Assembly (NCBI GenBank): GCA_030589605.1
Contig: JAUUVJ010000032.1
Coordinates: forward strand, 1 to 15,325
DNA: 15,325 nt
DNA from: Candidatus Hodarchaeota archaeon
GTDB lineage: Archaea > Asgardarchaeota > Heimdallarchaeia > Hodarchaeales > Hodarchaeaceae
Reading direction: 5' to 3'
The notes below the pieces were generated by a model that saw only the letters and a list, made by a program, of their open reading frames with translations, was not told the origin of the DNA and ran no database searches. Numbering within the stretch: the stretch's first letter is position 1; the number at the start of each line of letters is the position of its first letter. A program made the translations under genes and the position numbers. Below are positions 6,885 to 12,424 of this stretch, piece after piece.

Positions 6885-7017
6885 CATTTAGTCTTTCTTC
6901 CAAAAGGGTAAATAAGATATTATATCTTTAGTGAGATGAATGATCTGTTAAGGAATTAACATTAGTCATCATGCTATCGTTTGAAATAGCTTTTTATAAG
7001 TGATTAAAGGTTTTAGT

Positions 7018-7830
7018 ATGATATGGTCAGATTGGAAGAATTCATACAACAAAATAGTTGAGGAATTGGAACTTAATGCAGAAGCTGATGAAAAAACATC
7101 AGTATTGCTCGATGATTTTTTTTGTAGTATATCATCTAAGAAGAAAAATACTATTCATCAGAAATTATCCCACATTTTTCAACATCCTGTAATTATTGCA
7201 GGGGCAGGACCATCTTTAATGCAGGATTTAGCAGCAATATTAAAATCTAAAAAGATCCATAATTTACCTCTAATCTCTGTTAATGGTGCAACGACCTTGT
7301 TCAAACAGAAAGAAATTGTACCGCTAGTAGTAGTCTCAGATCTTGATGGAGATTTAACAGCGATTAAGTGGGCGATCGAAAACGGAGCTTTAACATTACT
7401 ACATGGTCATGGAGATAACGGTAACATTATATTTAATTTTCTAGACCAACATCATGATATTGTTTCAAATTATGATGTATGGGGGACCACTCAATGTAAA
7501 CCTAAACATTCCCTTTTCAATTTTGGTGGATTTACTGACGGCGATAGAGCGATTTTCATTGCATTCCACTTCCAAACCCCCTTGATTGGTTTAATTGGGT
7601 TTGATTTTGGTGTAAAAATTGGCCAATATAGTGTACTAAACTCCTCTATCAAAAAAAATGGAAAATTCAAATTGAAGAAATTTAAGATTGCCCTTGCACT
7701 ACTCGAAAAGTTTCATTCCCGTCATAGAGGAACTCGTTATAATTTGACAACTCAAGGGGAAGTAGTACCAGGGTTTCCCAAAAGAGATATTCCTACTTTC
7801 CTTAGTGAACTGGCTGAATACTACAAGTAG
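7018..7830 (+). CDS. mptE: 6-hydroxymethyl-7,8-dihydropterin pyrophosphokinase, archaeal MptE type (DUF115/COG1634)
   Basis: Family motifs are VIIAGAGPSL, ISVNGATTLF, VVVSDLDGDL and LLHGHGDNG. The track begins at GTG 7000. I prefer ATG 7018 because AAGGT (7007-7011) sits 6 nt upstream of it. Confidence 0.75.
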   Translation: MIWSDWKNSYNKIVEELELNAEADEKTSVLLDDFFCSISSKKKNTIHQKLSHIFQHPVIIAGAGPSLMQDLAAILKSKKIHNLPLISVNGATTLFKQKEIVPLVVVSDLDGDLTAIKWAIENGALTLLHGHGDNGNIIFNFLDQHHDIVSNYDVWGTTQCKPKHSLFNFGGFTDGDRAIFIAFHFQTPLIGLIGFDFGVKIGQYSVLNSSIKKNGKFKLKKFKIALALLEKFHSRHRGTRYNLTTQGEVVPGFPKRDIPTFLSELAEYYK

Positions 7831-8317
7831 CCCGATAACAAGAAGTTTCCCAAATTGTGATATTGATCCTCTCTATTCTTTGCCAAAATTCTTTTTTTTT
7901 CAGTTGATTTTGAACTTTTTCTCCTAAAAGTCTCGTTAAGGCCTCTGTTGTGACATTAGTACAGTCTAATACCTTTACCTCTTCATTAGGAATAGAATAG
8001 AAACGGATACCATATTCAATATCCAGATTATTCTCACGAATATTTATTTCCATATTGGGATTATTTGAAGGCAAAAGAACGTAGTGATCCCATTCAGAAA
8101 GGAGATTATTCAACATTTTATCTAAGTATAGAAAATCAATTATTATGTCATCTGAATCAGGCTTTCCTTCAATTTCAATTCCCACCTGATAATTATGTCC
8201 ATGCAATCCTTCTTCAATGTCATCTGAGATAAGAGCATGAGACGCACTGAAATGAGCAGCAATTTTATCAATAGCAATAGAGATTGAATTATGGCTATTC
8301 TTCTCCACGAAGTTCAA
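7802..8317 (-). CDS. COG0720 family enzyme (6-pyruvoyl-tetrahydropterin synthase / QueD-like), 171 aa
   Basis: The zinc His triad is present in FSASH...GLHGHNYQVGIEIEG. Further family motifs are IIDFLYLDKML, EWDHYVLLP and TTEALTRLL. The start is TTG at 8317 and overlaps the trxB stop as TTGA. GTG at 8308 is an alternative start. Confidence 0.8.
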   Translation of the reverse strand: MNFVEKNSHNSISIAIDKIAAHFSASHALISDDIEEGLHGHNYQVGIEIEGKPDSDDIIIDFLYLDKMLNNLLSEWDHYVLLPSNNPNMEINIRENNLDIEYGIRFYSIPNEEVKVLDCTNVTTEALTRLLGEKVQNQLKKKEFWQRIERINITIWETSCYRATCSIQPVH

Positions 8318-9276
8318 CCATCGCTAGCTTCTTCACCATACCAATCCCCACCTCTCATATCTAGAAATGCAGATATCGCTGCTGTTGTTCCTTCACCAAC
8401 AGCAATCGCAATTTGACCTTGCCCAGGAGTAATATCACCACACGCATAAACCCGAGGAAGATTGGTACGCTGATGATCATCAACTTTAATGAGACCATCT
8501 TCAGTTAATTCGACTCCAATTTTTTTTGCTAGTTCATTATTGGGGTCTATACCGATTGCGATAAAGATTGCTTTTACCCTAATTGAACTTTCTTCTCCTG
8601 TCTTTATATTCTCTATGGTAACTTTCTTCACTCCACCTGCTTCAGATCCGTGGATCTCCTTTACAACAGAATCCCAAAGAATATTTACCTTTGAATTTTC
8701 AAGAATTGCTTTTTTAAGGGAATTTTCTGCCCGTAACTGATCACGACGATGAACTAGATAGGTCTCACGAACGAGATTATCAAGGTAAAGCGCTTCTGTT
8801 ACAGCGGAATTACCTCCACCCACAACAAGTACTTTTTTTGATTTATATAATGGACCATCACAAGTAGCACAATATGAAACTCCTCTACCTTCATTTTCAT
8901 CTTCTCCTGGAACACCTAGGTGACGATGATTCGTACCAGTTGCAAGAATAACTATTTTTGATGTATAACTACCTGAGGAAGTATTTACTTCGATTGGTAC
9001 TTGATCTGTTTTAATATCTGCTACTTCTACTAATTCTTTGATTTCAGCACCAAATTTTTCAGCTTGTTTCCGTAATTTTTCAGAAAATTCAAGGCCAGAT
9101 ATTTCAGAAAAACCTGGATAGTTTTCAATAACTGGAGTTGTCGCTGCTAAACCACCTACTGCTCCCTTGTCGAGTACTAAAGTTTTCCAACCCATTCTAG
9201 ATCCATAAATCGCAGCAGCCATACCTGCTGGCCCAGCACCAACTATTATTATGTCATAATCAGAGGTAATTCCCAT
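8314..9276 (-). CDS. trxB: NADPH-dependent thioredoxin reductase (low-Mr TrxB type)
   Basis: Motifs seen are the FAD site IIIVGAGPAGMAAAIY, the redox-active CATCDG, the NADPH site VVGGGNSAVTEALYL plus HRRDQLRA, and the C-terminal FAD motif ACGDIT. The track starts at GTG 9288. ATG 9276 (MGITSDYDIIIVG) is equally or more plausible. Confidence 0.9.
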   Translation of the reverse strand: MGITSDYDIIIVGAGPAGMAAAIYGSRMGWKTLVLDKGAVGGLAATTPVIENYPGFSEISGLEFSEKLRKQAEKFGAEIKELVEVADIKTDQVPIEVNTSSGSYTSKIVILATGTNHRHLGVPGEDENEGRGVSYCATCDGPLYKSKKVLVVGGGNSAVTEALYLDNLVRETYLVHRRDQLRAENSLKKAILENSKVNILWDSVVKEIHGSEAGGVKKVTIENIKTGEESSIRVKAIFIAIGIDPNNELAKKIGVELTEDGLIKVDDHQRTNLPRVYACGDITPGQGQIAIAVGEGTTAAISAFLDMRGGDWYGEEASDG

Positions 9277-9725
9277 GTTAGCCAACACTCCGTCTATAAA
9301 TGATTAGATCATTATTGTTTATACTGGTTAAATCAAATGTTATTAAACTTTTGTGATTCGAGATACTATGCTTATAATTTGTAACAGAAGTGTTGAAAGC
9401 AAATTTGATAAATAACATATGAATAAACAAATTTGATTCAATCTTGATCCATCTTAATAGCAAAAAATAGATTTTAAAAAAATCATTAAGTATTCTCAAA
9501 TAATATTATTCTAGGTCAAAAACAAAATAAAATGAATTAGTACTAGTAAACTTACAATTGAAAGTCATTTTCTAGGTATTTACTTTCTATTTAGAGAAAT
9601 ATTTAAAGTCGCTACTAGATTGGGTAAATAGAACTTTCACTAATTTCTGGATCTCACTATTATTTGTATGTAAAAGGGTTATCGTAGTAAAAAAGCTCAT
9701 TCAGATTAAGAATGGTTGTTATATA

Positions 9726-12386
9726 ATGGAAGTAATACGATCTTCAACATCAGAAATCATTTTTCTTGTAGATTCATCAAACGCATTGATTAACGAACAA
9801 GATTTCATATTAATATCTGATTCTACTAAATCACCACTAAAAGAATATCTGGGACAAATATCAAATATTATACAGCAAAAAACTGGTGAAATCAAGGGTA
9901 ATGCTTTGGTTCTCGGAGAAATTAACCTTGATAACCACACTTTATCAAAATGTAGATTTCCGATTGCTTTGAAATCCCAGATCAGCAAGCCTCCAAAAGG
10001 ATTAGTTTCGAAAATTATTTCATATCGAGAGGAGAATGGAATTTATCTTGGTGATATAATTACTTCTGATGAGCAGAAAGAACCTTTTTTGATATCTCCC
10101 AATTTTTTAGAGCGACATGTACTTTGTGTAGCAAGTACTGGTGCAGGTAAATCTTATACAGTTGGAGTGATACTAGAAGAAGTTTTAATGAAATATTCTT
10201 CCGCTGCAGTACTTTTATTTGATATTCATAATGAATATTGGGGGTTATCTCAACCAAACGATGGAAATGAGATAGAGTCAATTACCTATGAAGATTATTC
10301 CCCGAGGGGATTCTTAGAGAATATTCTTCTTTTTGAAGAAGGATCACTAGGATTAGGAAAACATTTTGATCTAAATAAGTTACGTAGATTGTCTGACTTA
10401 ACCGCAGCCCAAGAAAATTCTCTTCTGAACATAATCGAAGAGCCTCTTTCACTAGAGGAATTAATTTCGAGAATTGAAAATTCAAATATACATAGTTCAA
10501 CACGAGACAATCTAATTTCAAAAATACATTCACTTAGGAATCTAGATTTATTTGATAAAGATCTGGATTTTCATTCTTTGATAAAACCAGGTCAAATCTC
10601 GATTATTCGTTTAGATCAATTTACAGATGAACGAAGACGGAAGATCTTAGTCAATGAAGTATTAACTCAGCTATTTGAAAAGAAGTTACATGGAGAAATC
10701 CCACGAGAACATGAGATAGTGTTGATTATTGAAGAAGCTCATAGATTTGCCACTTCAGCTGAAATTTTACCACGAATTGCACGAGAAGGACGAAAATTTG
10801 GTGTTTATGAGATACTTATCTCTCAGCGACCTGGTGACTTACCAGATAATATTATAGCCAATATGAATACACTAATAGCTTTAAGAATAAAATCTGATAA
10901 AGATATCAATAAAATTCGGTTAATGGAAGGAATTAGTACCGATACTGTTTCAGTATTGCCTCATCTCATTAGGGGAGAAGCTTTACTTGTAGGATTACAA
11001 GGAACGACTCACCGTCCAATAAAGATCCATGTACGGCCCCGCTTATCAAAACATATAGATCCCCAAGAAGATGAAATGCCTGAAGATATCCCTCGATATG
11101 GTCATATTTCAGATCAGATTAGTGAAACAACTGATGTATCAAAAATTGAAACATTAAAAACTGAAGATATCGATCAAGAAACCGATATTACTCTTTCTAC
11201 CGAGATTGAACCCTTCAGTTTTAAAGATCTTACAAACTTACTTTCATGTCAACATGTTCTAATCCTTCAAAAACATTCAGGTATATGTTTGTTTGGTATT
11301 GGAGCTACTATGTTTAAAATCGATCCACAATTGATATCTGGTTTTTTATCCGCAATTTCTGGGCTTTTTAGTGAACTAAAAAGTCAAACTGCTATAAAAG
11401 AGCGTACAATTATAAGAACATTTAGAGAAGAAATTGGAGACCGTGCTTTTGAGATTATTACAGTAGAAGGGACTTACTCGGCTACTGCCATCATTCACGA
11501 TCGCACTCCAAAATATTTTTCACATCTAAAGAAAAGAGTGAGAACTTTTGTGTACGCTTTTGAAACGAAATTCTTAAGTCATCTTAAAGGATTTTCTGGT
11601 GTACTTGACGATTTTGACTCTGCTAAACAACTGTTAGATGAATACCTTGGTATAGCTTTAACAACTCCTCTTCAAATCAACTTAAACTATCGAAAAGAGA
11701 ATATCACTTCTTATTCAGATTTATATGAAATTATTGAAAAACAATTGGATCAACTAGCTACTGGTGAGGGAATCTTTGTTGAAGAAATGGTAAATCAATG
11801 CATTCTAGACTCTAATTATAATCATCGTGAAATAACAGAAGGAATTATCTCATTTCTGAAAGATAAAATACTCATACTCGTTGATCAAAATCGAAAATTA
11901 CCGCCTTTTTCATCCCAGTTATTGTATGATGTAGAAGAGAAAATACCAGAACCAGAAAAAATAGAAGAAACTGAACTAGATTCTATACAGTCATTTTCAG
12001 ATGAAATCGAACAGAAAAATCATTCTAACGCTATTTCAGTAGAATTAACAGAAAGTAATATGAAATGGTTTTCAGATGTAATACCTGAAATCTCTGAATC
12101 CCCCCTTCCTGACTCTTTAAAGCAAGATATATTGGAGCGAGACATAATGTTTGAGTCAAATTGTAGAATTAAAACAAGTTCGGTCAGAGCGGAAATATTT
12201 TCCATGTCTGATTTAACACGTTGGGCTGAACTTATGACTCAGAGAGGATTTATTACACAATCAAAAACAAAAAACCCGCTTAATGGAATAAAAATCGCAT
12301 TGAAAGCTGAATTTACTACTATTATGTGCTCAATTGCGTTATTGAAGAATGGAGATTTTCTTACAATACTAGCAGAAACAATATGA
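9726..12386 (+). CDS. HerA/FtsK-superfamily (DUF87-type) P-loop ATPase with a 440-aa C-terminal extension: acidic linker, longin/roadblock-like module, possible winged helix and an unknown C-terminal domain
   Basis: The N-terminal region of about 100 aa is compatible with a HAS barrel. Walker A is LCVASTGAGKSYT (nt 10131-10154, checked). Walker B is EIVLIIEEAHRF. Other core motifs are GRKFGVYEILISQRPGDL and TLIALRI. The core ends near aa 440 (IKIHVRPRLSKH). Residues 441-495 are D/E/T-rich. The extension has no TM helices. Confidence 0.85.
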   Translation: MEVIRSSTSEIIFLVDSSNALINEQDFILISDSTKSPLKEYLGQISNIIQQKTGEIKGNALVLGEINLDNHTLSKCRFPIALKSQISKPPKGLVSKIISYREENGIYLGDIITSDEQKEPFLISPNFLERHVLCVASTGAGKSYTVGVILEEVLMKYSSAAVLLFDIHNEYWGLSQPNDGNEIESITYEDYSPRGFLENILLFEEGSLGLGKHFDLNKLRRLSDLTAAQENSLLNIIEEPLSLEELISRIENSNIHSSTRDNLISKIHSLRNLDLFDKDLDFHSLIKPGQISIIRLDQFTDERRRKILVNEVLTQLFEKKLHGEIPREHEIVLIIEEAHRFATSAEILPRIAREGRKFGVYEILISQRPGDLPDNIIANMNTLIALRIKSDKDINKIRLMEGISTDTVSVLPHLIRGEALLVGLQGTTHRPIKIHVRPRLSKHIDPQEDEMPEDIPRYGHISDQISETTDVSKIETLKTEDIDQETDITLSTEIEPFSFKDLTNLLSCQHVLILQKHSGICLFGIGATMFKIDPQLISGFLSAISGLFSELKSQTAIKERTIIRTFREEIGDRAFEIITVEGTYSATAIIHDRTPKYFSHLKKRVRTFVYAFETKFLSHLKGFSGVLDDFDSAKQLLDEYLGIALTTPLQINLNYRKENITSYSDLYEIIEKQLDQLATGEGIFVEEMVNQCILDSNYNHREITEGIISFLKDKILILVDQNRKLPPFSSQLLYDVEEKIPEPEKIEETELDSIQSFSDEIEQKNHSNAISVELTESNMKWFSDVIPEISESPLPDSLKQDILERDIMFESNCRIKTSSVRAEIFSMSDLTRWAELMTQRGFITQSKTKNPLNGIKIALKAEFTTIMCSIALLKNGDFLTILAETI
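11214..11645 (+). other. Longin/roadblock-like module inside the HerA-type protein (aa 497-640)
   Basis: The predicted pattern is beta-beta-alpha-beta-beta-beta-alpha: HVLILQK, ICLFGIG, DPQLISGFLSAISGLFSELK, IIRTFREEIG, AFEIITVEG, YSATAIIH, KKRVRTFVYAFETKFLSHL. The assignment comes from sequence pattern only, with no structure prediction. Confidence 0.45.
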
Positions 12387-12424
12387 AAGGAACGGTATTT
12401 TATAACATTTAATGCAAGTTTCAC

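Noticed and set aside
8489-8740. Plus-strand ORF of 83 aa
   Set aside because: It lies antisense inside trxB, whose sense frame carries all the canonical TrxR motifs.
9278-9988. Minus-strand ORFs 9278-9499 (73 aa) and 9719-9988 (89 aa)
   Set aside because: The first is an I/N/K/F-rich translation of AT-rich intergenic DNA and overlaps the trxB start. The second is antisense to the 5' end of the HerA-type gene. Neither has a recognisable motif.
10060-12424. Minus-strand ORFs 10060-10281, 10282-10533, 10295-10510, 12020-12205 and 12239-12424
   Set aside because: All are antisense to the HerA-type gene. They are short, without motifs, and mutually overlapping.
12387-12424. Possible bidirectional terminator between the convergent HerA-type and membrane-protein genes
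   Set aside because: The 38-nt spacer (aaggaacggtattttataacatttaatgcaagtttcac) has no convincing hairpin and only a T4 run, so I cannot support a terminator call.
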